NCBI GenBank assembly: GCA_016748015.1
Contig: JAAOMT010000561.1
Coordinates: 70,026 to 134,025 of the forward strand
Direction: 5' to 3'
DNA length: 64,000 nucleotides
Origin: Geosiphon pyriformis uo1
Lineage: Eukaryota > Fungi > Glomeromycota
Below are positions 26,512-38,781 of this stretch, in pieces. The notes beneath the pieces were generated by a model, which worked only from the letters and a program-made list of their open reading frames with translations, did no database searches and was not told where the DNA came from. The translations under genes were made by a program, and so were the position numbers. How positions within the stretch are numbered: the stretch's first letter is position 1; each line of letters begins with the position of its first letter.

Positions 26512-28436
26512 TTACCATGAGCGTTCATTGCTACTCGAATTGGTATGAAAGCCAGAGAAAGCGTATCGATTTCTCGTCATCGGAGTCCTTGGTGGTGGTT
26601 CAGGGGCTATCGTTGAAGTATAAGAGCGTGAAGGGAATATATATTGTCGGGAGGGATTCCTCGGTGTTGATGGAGCGGCTAAACTAGTGCCCCGGCGTTG
26701 TTAATTTCGAATATTCAAACCAAACTTAGTGCTAAAGTACTGTCATTTTTACCTATCGAACTGGTTTGCGCAGTGCTTGGTCTTGCTATATATCTGGTGT
26801 TTCCATGTATCGAATTCCATGAAATCCGAGTTTTGGCAGATGTTCCAGGTTGTGGAAAGGATAAAGTTGGTTCTTGACTATATTGACTTTGAAGAAAATC
26901 TGTACTCTCAACTTGCAATGGAAGTTCATTTTGATAGGTCTTTTTTAAGGGGGCTCTAGCCATCTGCGTTTGGTCATAACTAAATAGAGAATAATCAATT
27001 CCAGCTTGCTTTGTTGTGAAATAATTAATATCAGGTAAAATAGAAGTGAATTACAGTGGTTTAGTTGATGGCACATGTGTCTGAGCTACTTGATTCCTCA
27101 AATTTCCTTGGCTGGCTATAATCCCACCTCCGTCAAATCCTTGGTAATGGCCAGGACCCCCATTCCATTCAAGTTCCCCGCCGTACATGGTCTCGTTGTT
27201 ACCTTCATATTGTGTTTGTTGCGGTAGGTAAATATCAGAGCTTTGCGGTTGCTCAATGATTGGAAACGTGGGTACCGGGGAGTTGATAGATGTTGATGGG
27301 AGAGATAAACGCGATGGCGGATTAGGAGTTTTAGGCGGGCGAAGCTAATCGAGTAAAATAATTTGAGCAGTTTTAAATGAGTATTAGGAACAGACTATTT
27401 GACGAGTACGTCCTTTGTCAGAGTACTAATACTCTGAACACTCACATTACGTGTTGATGAAGTGTGAAATGACCGCGGACTGTATGGTTGCCAAATTGAA
27501 TGTTCCTGTCATTAGTAATAAAATAAAAGAACCTACCAAAAAATTACTTTTTCATCATCGAAGGTACCTTGAATTTTGATCTTTCGATAAATCCAAGACG
27601 ATTTTATCCATAGTACCCATTCGTACCTGTTTTATTTCGGCCTTTAACTTTCTATTTTCTTCTTTGAGGATGTTTAACTGTCTAAAAGAGGAAATAATCA
27701 GAATATTAATTGATCTCTTTGCTCAAGAAATATTTGAGGAATCAGTGAATTTTTACGTTTTCATATCTTTATGACGAATTAACTCTGCTTTGGCTCGATC
27801 CAATACTTCTTTTTGCTTGATTACTTTGTTTTTTAAAAATCTAAGAAGTGCATAAAGGTTGGTTTGTTGAAACTTTGAAATGGAACAGGTGTGAGCCTTG
27901 AGTTCATGCGGGTAAAAACCGAAACTTTTGAATCAATTAATCAAGTTGAATAATCTCACTCTTAAGACATCTGCGGCTTCTTCCATAAATTCAACTGGTG
28001 GTCGAAAATATATACTCAAGTTACTAGGTAGCTATTAATAGGCGAGAGTTAAATGCAGGAAGTCTAATAGATCTAGTTATTCCAGTAATCTAAATCTTCC
28101 TGTGAAATACCTGCGCGGTGAGCTCAACTACGGTGCATTTTGAATGACAAACTGGACATATGCGTTCTTTTGCATCGGAAGAGCTTACTACTTTGGTTAA
28201 AATATGTAGTTTTCTCTGAGCTCTATATGCTTATAAAACTTTGAGCCCAAATTTTTTGTCTCAACCAAGATGGGAAATCAAGCCCCACCTCCATTAGTTG
28301 CGCCAGTTTTATGTGAGCACTCTTGGCAAACCACATGTCCACATTCTGTTAACCAAAATCGAAGGTTGTTTTCCTTTTGTGTAGAAGGGGTTGAATAGCC
28401 AAAACAAACGTTGCAGTGAAGGAAATCAGTGAACAT
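26512..28436 (-). CDS. RNF212/Zip3-like RING-finger, coiled-coil E3 ligase (3' end uncertain: stop at 26607 or 26512)
   Basis: Spliced N-terminus FLHCNVCF..FWLTECGHVVCQEC..ICPVCHSKC, then LSIYFRPP..VLRFQQ, a coiled coil and a long S/P/Q-rich tail. This is the RNF212/Zip3 family architecture. Confidence 0.75.
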
Positions 28437-28643
28437 ATTTAAGGCGATGCTTTGAAGGAACCTTTGATTTTTAAGTTTCCCATTTGAAGTCGTCGAATTA
28501 TTTGATATAATTTTTAGATCCAATTCTCACGTCACTGACTTGAAAATTTAGATTTTATCTTAACAGTATTACTATAATATATAATTAAATTTATCTTATA
28601 AAACATCTTTCCTCAATTATCTTTTAGGGTTGTGGGAATATAT

Positions 28644-29231
28644 TCAGCGCGTAAAGATGTAATATATAAAAATAAAGGTTATAACAAAAATAAATATTAA
28701 ATAACACATGAATTGGCTGCTCTGTGTTTTGGCAAGAATTTTTAAGCGGTTCATCGTTCCTCCCATGTAATTTCCTGTTTTAGAGTATTCATCTGCCTAT
28801 GAGATATTTGTAGTCAGAGATTTTACAACTAACACTTTCTTTAAAATTTATGTTCTTTTGGCACTTACCATATTACTAATAAGGTTATTGGATTCTTTTA
28901 CTGCCTCTCCGAGGTTTAAAGTGATCTGAGGCCATAAAAAAATGAGAATTCATTTCAATAAAATTAAGATCTAGTTTAATGCTATTAGTGAAAATAAAAT
29001 TAAAACACTTACTTCCTTTAATAATTTTACTTTACCCGTTAATCCTTCTACTTTTTCATCGTTTTGGCTTTCTAAATCCAGGTGTTGAGTTCCAGTAAAC
29101 TTTCCAGATGAAGCCGAAAATCTTTCACCAGAACTTAGTGAAGTGGAACGTTCCGCGCCTTGAGCACCATTGAATAGAGCACTCCGATTCTCTCGGTGAT
29201 TGAGGTTCTGGTTGTATGTTCTAAAAGTCAT
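28644..29231 (-). CDS. BET1: Bet1/Sft1-type Qc-SNARE (exons 29013-29231, 28869-28925, 28644-28796)
   Basis: RSALF, SNARE motif LESQNDEKVEGLTGKVKLLKEITLNLGEAVKESN..MGGTMNRLK and a C-terminal transmembrane tail anchor. Confidence 0.85.
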
Positions 29232-29518
29232 AAGATGTTAACTAATAACCAAATGGATCCAAATGTTATTAACGGTGAATGAGTAAAAAGGTGGATTATT
29301 GGTAATAAAAATACCTGACAGAACGAATTCCTTTACTCATCCTTATTCAAAATAATTAGCTTATTTGAGGTGTTTAAATAGTTTGCTGTTTAATTGTTTA
29401 GTGTCGTACATGTGCTTTTATTATATGGAATCGATCCCACTGATGACGTTATATCGACTGTCAATTTTTAAACTGGTGATGACTCATTTTTTCGATTTTG
29501 TAAAAATATAATTTCCGG
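29232..29518. promoter_or_regulatory. Divergent BET1/VAS1 intergenic promoter with ATGACTCAT (29479-29487) and TGACGT (29444-29449)
   Basis: Head-to-head genes 287 bp apart. Perfect Gcn4/CpcA consensus and a CRE-like core. Function is not shown. Confidence 0.5.
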
Positions 29519-32500
29519 ATGGCTGATATTACCTCACCAGTTTCTACAACCAGTGAACCGCCCTCTGGTATTCCAAACCCTAAAAATGCCGAAAAGAACG
29601 AAGCAAAACGTCAAGCAAAACTTGCTAAGTTTCGAGCAAAACAAGAAAAACTTCAAACAGTTGTGAATGTAATTAATTAAAAATTGTGACATCCCTATAA
29701 ATACAAAAAACTTGAGATTTTTCACATTTTAAAGGCCGAAGGGTCAAAAAAAGAGAAATCCAAAGCTACAAAAGCTATAGATTCCGAACTATATGTTGAG
29801 AAAACACCTGCTGGCGAAAAAAAAGGTATCAGCTTTTCTCGATAGACTACGATTTCAAGGCCCACATAGTGAAGATAGAGACTTATTTTTTTTTAACTTT
29901 AAAGATATGTCACAGCTGATGGCGTCGACATATAACCCAAGAGCTGTAGAATCAGCATGGTATGAGTGGTGGGTGAAAAAGGGCTACTTCAAGCCGGAAT
30001 TGACGTCTGATGGCAAGGCAAAACCGGCTGGCCTTTTTATAATTCCCACCCCTCCGCCTAATGTCACTGGTTCTCTTCATATCGGTCACGGCTTGACTGT
30101 AGCTATTCAAGATGCGTTGGTAAGATGGTGGGTATTCTTTTTCGCTTCGTTTTTTTTCCAACTTCTAAAATATTATATAATTGTTTGTTTAGGAATCGAA
30201 TGTTGGGGAAAACCGTATTGTTCAACCCTGGAACCGATCATGCCGGTATCTCAACTCAATCTGTAGTTGAAAAAAAACTTTGGATTGAAAAACAACAAAC
30301 GCGTCATGACCTTGGTCGTGAAAAATTTGTTGAAGAAATTTGGAAATGGAAAAATCTGTACGCATTGAAAAACCAATCAAATGTGAACGATTTCTGCTAA
30401 AAATCATTTATTTTTTAAGCTACGGGGATAAAATTCACTCACAGTTAAAACGCCTTGGAGGGTCCTATGACTGGGATCGCGCAGCTTTTACTATGGACGA
30501 GGCAATTGATCTTTCAACACCTTTGTTATATCTCAGATAATTGGGCATATATTCAACCTTGTTATTCTTATCTTCAGAAACTCAATAAAGCTGTGATAGA
30601 AACCTTCTGTCGTTTACAAGAAGAAGGAATTATATACAGAGCCACTCGATTGATCAACTGGTGCGTCCGGCTAAATACAGCTTTGTCCAATTTGGAAGTC
30701 GAGAATAAGGAACTTTCAGGGCGTACCCTTTTATCAGTGCCAGGATATGCAACAGATGAAAAATTTGAATTCGGTGTTTTGACTTCTTTTGCCTATCCCG
30801 TTGAACAATCTGGCAAGATTTTTTATGTTGACTTGTTTCCACACCTGACTTTAAATGATTTTTTAAGCGATAAAAGGTGCAGACATTAAGCCTGAATCAA
30901 ATATTTTGAATTAAAGACGAAAAAATTGTGATTGCCACCACCCGTCCAGAAACAATGCTCGGCGATACAGCCATCGCGGTTCATCCTAAGGATGAACGCT
31001 ATAAGGTTGATTTGATTTTTAGTAAAATAATGCTATCAATGATATTCTTGATTAATTAATATTTTCTCAAAAAGCATCTACACGGAAAATTTGTGCGCCA
31101 TCCTTTCAATGGGCGCCGTATTCCGATCATAATCGACGATATTATTGTCGACATGGAATTTGGAACAGGGGCAGTGAAAATTACACCTGCTCATGATTTT
31201 AATGATTATGAGGTTGGAAAGCGACATAATTTAGAATTTATTAATATACTTAATGATGATGGAACCCTCAATGCAAATGGTGGTCAATTCCAAGTGAGTT
31301 AATTACTTTTTATTATGATTAAAAATGAATTTTTGCATTCTTTTTCAATCATATTTTTGGATTAATAGGGAATGAAAAGGTTCCACGTTCGCCAAGCCAT
31401 CATCATTGCGCTAAAAGAGAAGGGTCTATACGTTAAAAGCGAAGATAATCCTATGACTGTCCCTATTTGCGCGTTAGTTGATGCCATTTACCGATCAATT
31501 TATCATCTTTTGTAATACATCAAAATTAACCATGATATTTTTTAATTTCAGGAAATCAGGTGATATCATCGAACCCTTACTAAGACCTCAATGGTGGGTC
31601 AATTGTAGAGATATGGCATTAGATGCGATGAAGGTTATTTTACAAAAATCACTAAATTATTCAACCTTTAAACTTGAGCTCCAAAAATGGTTACTTATTG
31701 TTACTAGGCAGTAACCGAAAAAAAGCTTCGAATTCGTCCATCAACTTCTGAAGCTGATTGGTTCCGTTGGCTAGAAAACATTCGTGATTGGTGCATTTCT
31801 CGTCAACTTTGGTGGGGACATAGAGTCCCTGCTTATTTTGTAAATATTGAAGGAGAAGAACAAGACGTGAGTATTTGCTAATATTTCCATTCTATCTTTA
31901 TCTTCTCCATTTATTTCTCAATTAACTTCTTTGCTCCGGAATATCTTAGCCTTCAACTGATACCTATTGGGTATCCGGTCGTAATCTGGAAGAAGCGAAT
32001 CAGAAGGCAAAAAAGAAATTTCCTCAGGTTGAATTTACGTTGGAGCAAGATCCTGATGTTTTGGATACATGGTTTTCTTCTGGATTGTGGCCCTTTTCTA
32101 TAATGGGCTGGCCAGAAAAAGTAACTTTCATATTAATGAAAAGCTTTGAGACCTTAATTTGTCTTTTGATTCCTTTTTTTATTTGCAGACCGAAGATTTC
32201 TCCATCTTTTACCCAACATCGCTCCTGGAAACTGGTTGGGATATCTTATTTTTTTGGGTGGCTCGCATGGTAATGTTGGGTCTTAAATTAACTGGCCAAC
32301 TACCGTTCAGTGAAGTTTTTTGTCATGCTATGATCCGTGATGCGCATGGGCGAAAAATGAGTAAAAGTTTGGGGAATGTAATTGATCCAATTGATGTGAT
32401 GGAGGGAATTTCTTTAGAAAAATTGCATGCTAAATTATACGAGGGAAATCTCGACCCACGAGAAATCGAAAAGGCCAAGGCTGGTCAGAAAGCTGATTAT

Positions 32501-33791
32501 CCTAATGGCATTCCTGAATGTGGTACTGATGCTTTGCGATTTACCTTATGTTCTTATAGTACTAACGAAGGTCAGAAATTGATTTAAAGTCTTATTCATG
32601 GAAATTCGGAATTTTTACTTGAATCTACTGACTTTGTACTTTGTAATCTCTCAGCTCGAGATATAAACCTTGACGTTTCTCTGCTTGAAAGCAATCGCAG
32701 ATTCTGCAATAAGCTTTGGAATGCGACCCGCTTTGCTTTAATGAAACTGGGGGATAATTTCCAACCCCGAAACAATGCCCAGGTAGACAACAAACTGAAT
32801 CTTAATATAGAACTCGAAAATTTTATTGGTTCTTTTCAATTGAAGGAGACTGTCAAAGAATTTTGCTCATTTCAATCATTTGGTTCAATTTCGTTTTAAT
32901 ACAGAAAACCGGTAAAGAATCGTTAGCTGAGCGTTGGATTCTACATAGATTGAATGCTACAATCAAAGAAACCATCGATTCATTCAATGAAAGAAACTTC
33001 AAGGAGGCAACTAGAGTGGTTCAAGCGTTTTGGCGTGATGCACTCTGTGATGTTTACATCGTAAATATTTTCTATCAAATCAATTTACTACTGCTAAAAA
33101 TATACTGATTTCCCGATAATTTAACCATAGGAATGGATAAAGCCTATCTTTAATCTTGAGGAGTCGATCCCAGAACATGCTGAAGCTCAAAATTCTGCTC
33201 AGCATACCCTTTATACATGTTTGGAAGAGGGGATTAAGCTACTTCATCCTTTCATGCCCTTCGTAACAGAAGAGTTATACCAACGCTTACCCCGTAGGCG
33301 AGGAGATGTTGAGTCAATTGTTATATCTAAATATCCTCAAGAGGTACGCCACTGGTTGACCTATATATATTTCCTCGAATTCTGGTTTAACCAATAATTT
33401 GCAATTTCCTCTTAGCAATCAAGTTATCATGATGAAATAGCTGATGTCGAATTTGAAAATATAAAGTCTATATGTTCAACTGCTCGATCTTTGATTGATA
33501 AACACAAAAAACAAATAAACCCTACAAGTAAGAAAAATGGACTCTTTAAAGCGTTCTAATCAATAAGCTAATAATTTATCATCTATTGCTTTCATAGTAT
33601 ACATAGAAAACATTGAAAAATTTTCCGATCAGGCACCCCTTACTAAATATGAACCGAATATCAGATCTTTGGTAAAAGGTGCGAAATCTCTTAAAGTAAT
33701 TTTCAAAGGAGAAAATCTGCCAGATATTTGCGAAACAAAGGAATCAGTATTAGAAATTAAGGTGTCGATAGGCTTTACGAATAATGAATAG
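29519..33791 (+). CDS. VAS1: Valyl-tRNA synthetase (many exons)
   Basis: [100 protein letters not shown] and [11 protein letters not shown]. Stop TAG at 33789-33791. Confidence 0.97.
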
Positions 33792-34843
33792 AATAAAGAG
33801 TGTAATCTGACCACTATTTACATAAGGCCTTAAGTGTGACCAGCCACCCGTGAATAGTATGTTTAGTCATGGCTTTCTTGATAAGTTTTGTGGTTATACT
33901 CAATTTTTTATGCGAGAAATTGATCTTATTGTTTAAATATAAAATAATTTTTAACAAATACTTTTTATTTGTTATAGCTTTTAAATTTCATATATGTCAA
34001 CCTATTAAGATAAATGAATATGGCTTAATAAAAATGTTTGTGTTTTTTTGTTTTTTTAGCATTAATACACTTTAATAAAGACTGTATTTATATAAGAAAA
34101 CAAAATATTTTATTAAATTTATTTTTATACTTTTTATAATACTTTTTTGTAAATTTACACAATTTAATTATTGTAAAATGTGTTTAAAATGCTAAACAAA
34201 CTAAAAATTTTTAATTTTATATCTTTTTATTAATATTATTTAATGAAATCTTAGCCAAAAAATATTACATAAAGTGTTAATTTATTAAATCAACAAAAAT
34301 TTATTTATTAAATAATAATAATTAAAAAATTAAAACTAAAAGCTTAATAAAAGTAATATAAAAAAAAATTTAAAAAAAATTTAAATAAGTAAAAAAACAA
34401 AAAAACAAATTTAAATTTATTAATATTATTAAAATAAATAATAAAAATTAAATATTATAGCAAATTTTAATATATAATAAATTACAAAAAAATCAAATTT
34501 TAGTATACATAAAAATATGCTTTTATATTAAATATTAATAATTATTATAATATTTATATATAATAATTTAATATAATTAATGTTTTTTAAAAATACATAT
34601 AACTATAATTTTAATAAGTTCATATTTTATATTAACAATATTATATAATAAAATATTTATTTAAAAAATTGTAAATAAATTAATTATAAAATATTTTTTA
34701 ATTATTTTTAATTTTAATTTTTGTTAAAACTTTGTAAGTTGTATTGTGTATTAAAATTTAGAAATTAGTTTTTTAAAATTAGTTATATTATTATAAAAAA
34801 TTTTTAAGCTTTATATTTATTATTATAAATTTCAATTATATAA

Positions 34844-36150
34844 TTTTTTTTATTGCAAGTTTAGTGAATGCAGTCCAATCACTACCTAAATACATAAAAT
34901 CAAACAAGATTCTAAATTAAATATGGCTTATGCCTTTTCTATATGTGACTAGACACTCAGCCCAGTCAAGACAGTACTATACACATATAGGATCTATTAA
35001 AGGGATATCATTCAAAAAACTGAACTTCAGACTAGTGAGACAAAAACACAAACCAAAATACAAATAAATACCCAATCTGATACTGAAACCACAGGTAATA
35101 TTAGTAGTCCACAAGCCTGACAAACCATTAACTAATGGCACAACAGATCTATCATACAGCAAAAGATTATGTTTCTTGTAAAAGACTCTTAATTTAGCAG
35201 TAAGCAACCAGATATCAGATCTATAACTCTCAGCAAGACTATGGACCAACTTAACAATCAAGCTGCCACAGAAGCTGAACCAAGACACAAGACAACATCA
35301 AACATCCAGCTTTTTAATACAAACCCCTTGGTTAACAACATATACAGACTACCAGAAAATTCAGTTTTACTTAAAAATTGTACTACCCTACTTCTCATAG
35401 TAGAGTTGCCAGTCATCTTACACCACTCTATACCAATATTTGACAATATATTCAGCTTGGCAGTATTATCATGCATACACAAAAACAAGTAATTAAAGTC
35501 CTCAACCATTCTACACCTAATACACACTATGCTAGAATATTTAAGATTATACAACCTTTTTTTTATGGCAACTTACAGACAACAATGCAGAAACTTCATA
35601 AGGTAAAATCATAGAGAAGCAGAAGATAAACTAATATAATCAGAACAAATTTCACCATTAGAATGTCAAACACTGAAAGACTTGGATGAGTTGACATCAC
35701 TAGTAAAACTAACATCAATGAAGTCAGCACTAAATTTGAACTCTCAACTGACAAAATTAATGGCTTCAAACAATTTTCTAACAAAATGACGTGTGTTTTC
35801 AGAAACAGATCTGTTTTCAACACTAAGAAAATAACACAGCATGTTCAGAGGCAATACAGACTTAGACAAAGTTGTTATGTGTGCAAAAAAATCCACTCAC
35901 TTATTCTTGACAATGCCTGAATATCCTTTGATTTTTCTCTACATAATTGACAAATTTTTTTTTGAAATAGCTTAACAAATATGCTCTTTTTTGATCTAGC
36001 ATTTGCATTGAAAATCAAAACCAAAACCACCTACATCAAACTTGCATATATTCAGTAATGTCTGACTGTTTATAAACAAGATAACTATGCTAAAGTTAGG
36101 AACACACTCCAATGCTAAAGCAATAGCTTGTAGCTTTATCAGTGTAGAGA
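34844..36150 (-). mobile_element. LINE 3' fragment (RNase H through 3'UTR and poly(A))
   Basis: STLIKLQAIALALECV near 36100, CIRC knuckle remnant, shared 3'UTR at 34851-34979 and T-run at 34844-34851. Confidence 0.9.
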
Positions 36151-36886
36151 ATCAATTATATAATTATAAATATAAGTTTTGTTTTATAAATTTGGTTAAA
36201 AAAATTTTATTAAACTATTTAATAATTTAATTATTTTTAATATTATTATAAATATTAATCTAATATTTTAATTTTAATTTTAATAAATTAAAAAAATTAA
36301 AATTTTATAAATAATTATAATTAAAAATTATTTTAAGTTAATTAAATTCAAAAAAGATTAAAATAAAAAGTAAAATTTAACAAAATTAGTATTTATAAAA
36401 TAATTTTAATTAGAAATTATTTTCCAAAGATATAGAAAGCTTATTTTGGATTTTTAAATTGATTATTGATTTTAGTCAAGATATTATTACTAGTTTTTAG
36501 GTAATTTTATGTAGTTAATATTCTTTTAATGTATTTTTAATCTTGTTAACTTGAGTTTTATTCATGTTTTTATTGGTATATTAAATATTTTTACTGTTGT
36601 TTTTATTAATAGAAAAATAATAATAGAAAAAAATAGTGGTTTTTTTGGTTGTTTATAGAAAATTAGATTATAAAAAGAAAAGATCTTTAATTCTATTAAT
36701 TTTAATATTAGTAAATATTATAATATAAAAGTTAAAAAATATATTTTCTAACTTTTCTTAGAATTATAATCCAATTTCTTCACTTTTTTTCATTTTATTT
36801 TGTTTAATTAACTTTTTGTTCTTTATTATTTTCTTTTCTTATTTGTTTTTTTTAGTTAAAAAGTTATTATATATATATATATTTTG

Positions 36887-37209
36887 AGTTATATATAATT
36901 GTGCTTATTCTAACTAATTAGTAAGTAATTGTTAAGCTATTAAACTTTTTATTTAATTGTAAGTACTTTTTGGCTTATTTGTTTGTAATCACATTAAATT
37001 AAGCATGTTTGTACACATTTTGTATACTATTATGTACACATTATATTTTCTAATTTATTCATTAATTTGTACTATTTATACTGTTATTTAATAATTGGTT
37101 AATATATTATGATATTATTATTTTTGATTTTTGTTAATTTCTATTGGATAACAATGTTAATATCTTAATATTTAATTTCTTAATTAATTAACAAACAACA
37201 AAGAAACAA

Positions 37210-37241
<32 letters not shown>

Positions 37242-37764
37242 TAAAAAATTAGTATTCTGTTAATAACTATAATTAAGAGTTATTATTTTAATATAATTAA
37301 GTAGTAGATATTATTAGCATAAATTGCTAATTGAGTTAAGAAATAGCAATATTAATTCAATAATATGAATAACATAAATTGCAAAATAAAACAATAATTT
37401 TATTTGATATTTGAATAATTTTACTTTAAAATATAGAAAATTAATTTTTAAAGAAAAAAGTATTTAATTACTTATCTGTTTAAACTTGTTTGTTTTTATA
37501 TTTCTTTTGCTTTTAATACTATTGCTATATATACATAATTTTTGTTATATAAAATTTCTTGAAATTTTTTAATTTTTTAAGAAAAATTCTGAAATTCTGA
37601 AATTTTAAAGTTCTGAAGTTTTTTGAAAAGAATTATAGAATTCTGAAATTTTGGAATTTTGAAATTTCTTAAAAAGAATTCTAAAATTTTTTTTTACTAT
37701 GCTTATTTCTAAAGGACTGTTTTTATTTAACTATTATAACTTCTATTTTCTATGAGTAACAGCA
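36887..37764 (-). mobile_element. Decayed LTR-like element related to the 51613-52678 insert (left boundary approximate)
   Basis: Ends GAGTAACAGCA (compare GGGTAATAGCA). Shares TGGCTTATTT, ATGTTAATATC, an A-rich tract followed by AATTAGTATT, and a TATA-like motif, all in the same order. Confidence 0.55.
37550..37690. repeat. Degenerate ~8-bp tandem array (GAAATTCT-like)
   Basis: Visible repeats such as gaaattct gaaatttt aaagttct gaagtttt. Confidence 0.8.
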
Positions 37765-38766
37765 TATTATGTAACACAACAGCAGCAAAAAAAAACCAGA
37801 TTTAAAAACTACCAAAAATTTGACAATTTTAAGAATAATCAAGCAAATAAAGCTTGTAAATTCAACCAAAAATACAGTTTTTAAAAAATTTTGAAAAGCA
37901 AATTCTACACAAAAAAGCTTTATATTGTTTTTTAAACTGACTTTGTATTCAGAAAACTATGTACAAACTGAAAAACAGTCTTAATATAAGCCAATTTAAT
38001 TTTAAAAATAGTGCTAAACACCAAAGTAGAAACTACTTATTCAACAAACTTTTAATAATTAAAGATGATTTTTTAAGCACCACTAGTAGTAGCATCAAAA
38101 ACCAGCAAAAAAATGTTTTAGTTTTTATTTGGTTAATTCAGTTATTAAAAACAGATAATTTAATAAAAAACTATTGTTTTGTTTTTAAAACCAACAATAA
38201 TTTGCCAAAAGACACTATTTTAAACAACATAATTAGTAGTTGATTTTAGTTTATCTTAGATAATAGACAAGATAATATGACAAAAATTTTATGTAAGATT
38301 TCAATAAGAATTACAAAAAAGTTTAATATAATAATAGCAAAAATAAAGTAATTGCTTCTACTTTTTTAAATTTTTGCTCTTTTTAATTATTATTTTTGAA
38401 GTAGTACTAAAAACATTAGATATAAAAATTATAGTAAAGAAAACTAACTTGTTAATTAGTTTGTTGTTAAACATTTTTGGCTTTTGAAAGAGATGAAAAC
38501 AACATTAAAACTAATTCAAATATGTTTTTTAAAAGAATTTTGACTGGTAAAAAACCAGTTAAAAAAAATGATACAATGGTCTTTAAAGACAGCTTTTTGC
38601 TATTATTATTTAAGAAAAAAGCTTTTAAGACATTTTGTCTAACTGCTTTTACAATAAAAAAAACTTTTCTGGTTAAAACTTTATTAAATATCTTAAAAAA
38701 GATATTAAATACAGCTTTTTTACTTTTTGTTTTAGTTATAATTATGAAATAAAAAATACAAAAAGG
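37765..38766 (-). pseudogene. Heavily mutated 5' end and ORF1 of a third LINE ORF1 type
   Basis: The minus frame reads TKTKSKKAV..FKIKLAYIKTVFQFVHSFL..KLFCVEF. It starts after an A-run/pyrimidine leader like the other LINE 5' ends. The assignment rests partly on recalled similarity to Glomeromycotina LINE ORF1s. Confidence 0.6.
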
Positions 38767-38781
38767 TTTTTTTAGTTTTTT

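Noticed and set aside
37550-37690. CRISPR-like or telomeric array (also 52440-52625)
   Set aside because: These are short degenerate units without unique spacers, in a eukaryotic context and internal to LTR-like elements.
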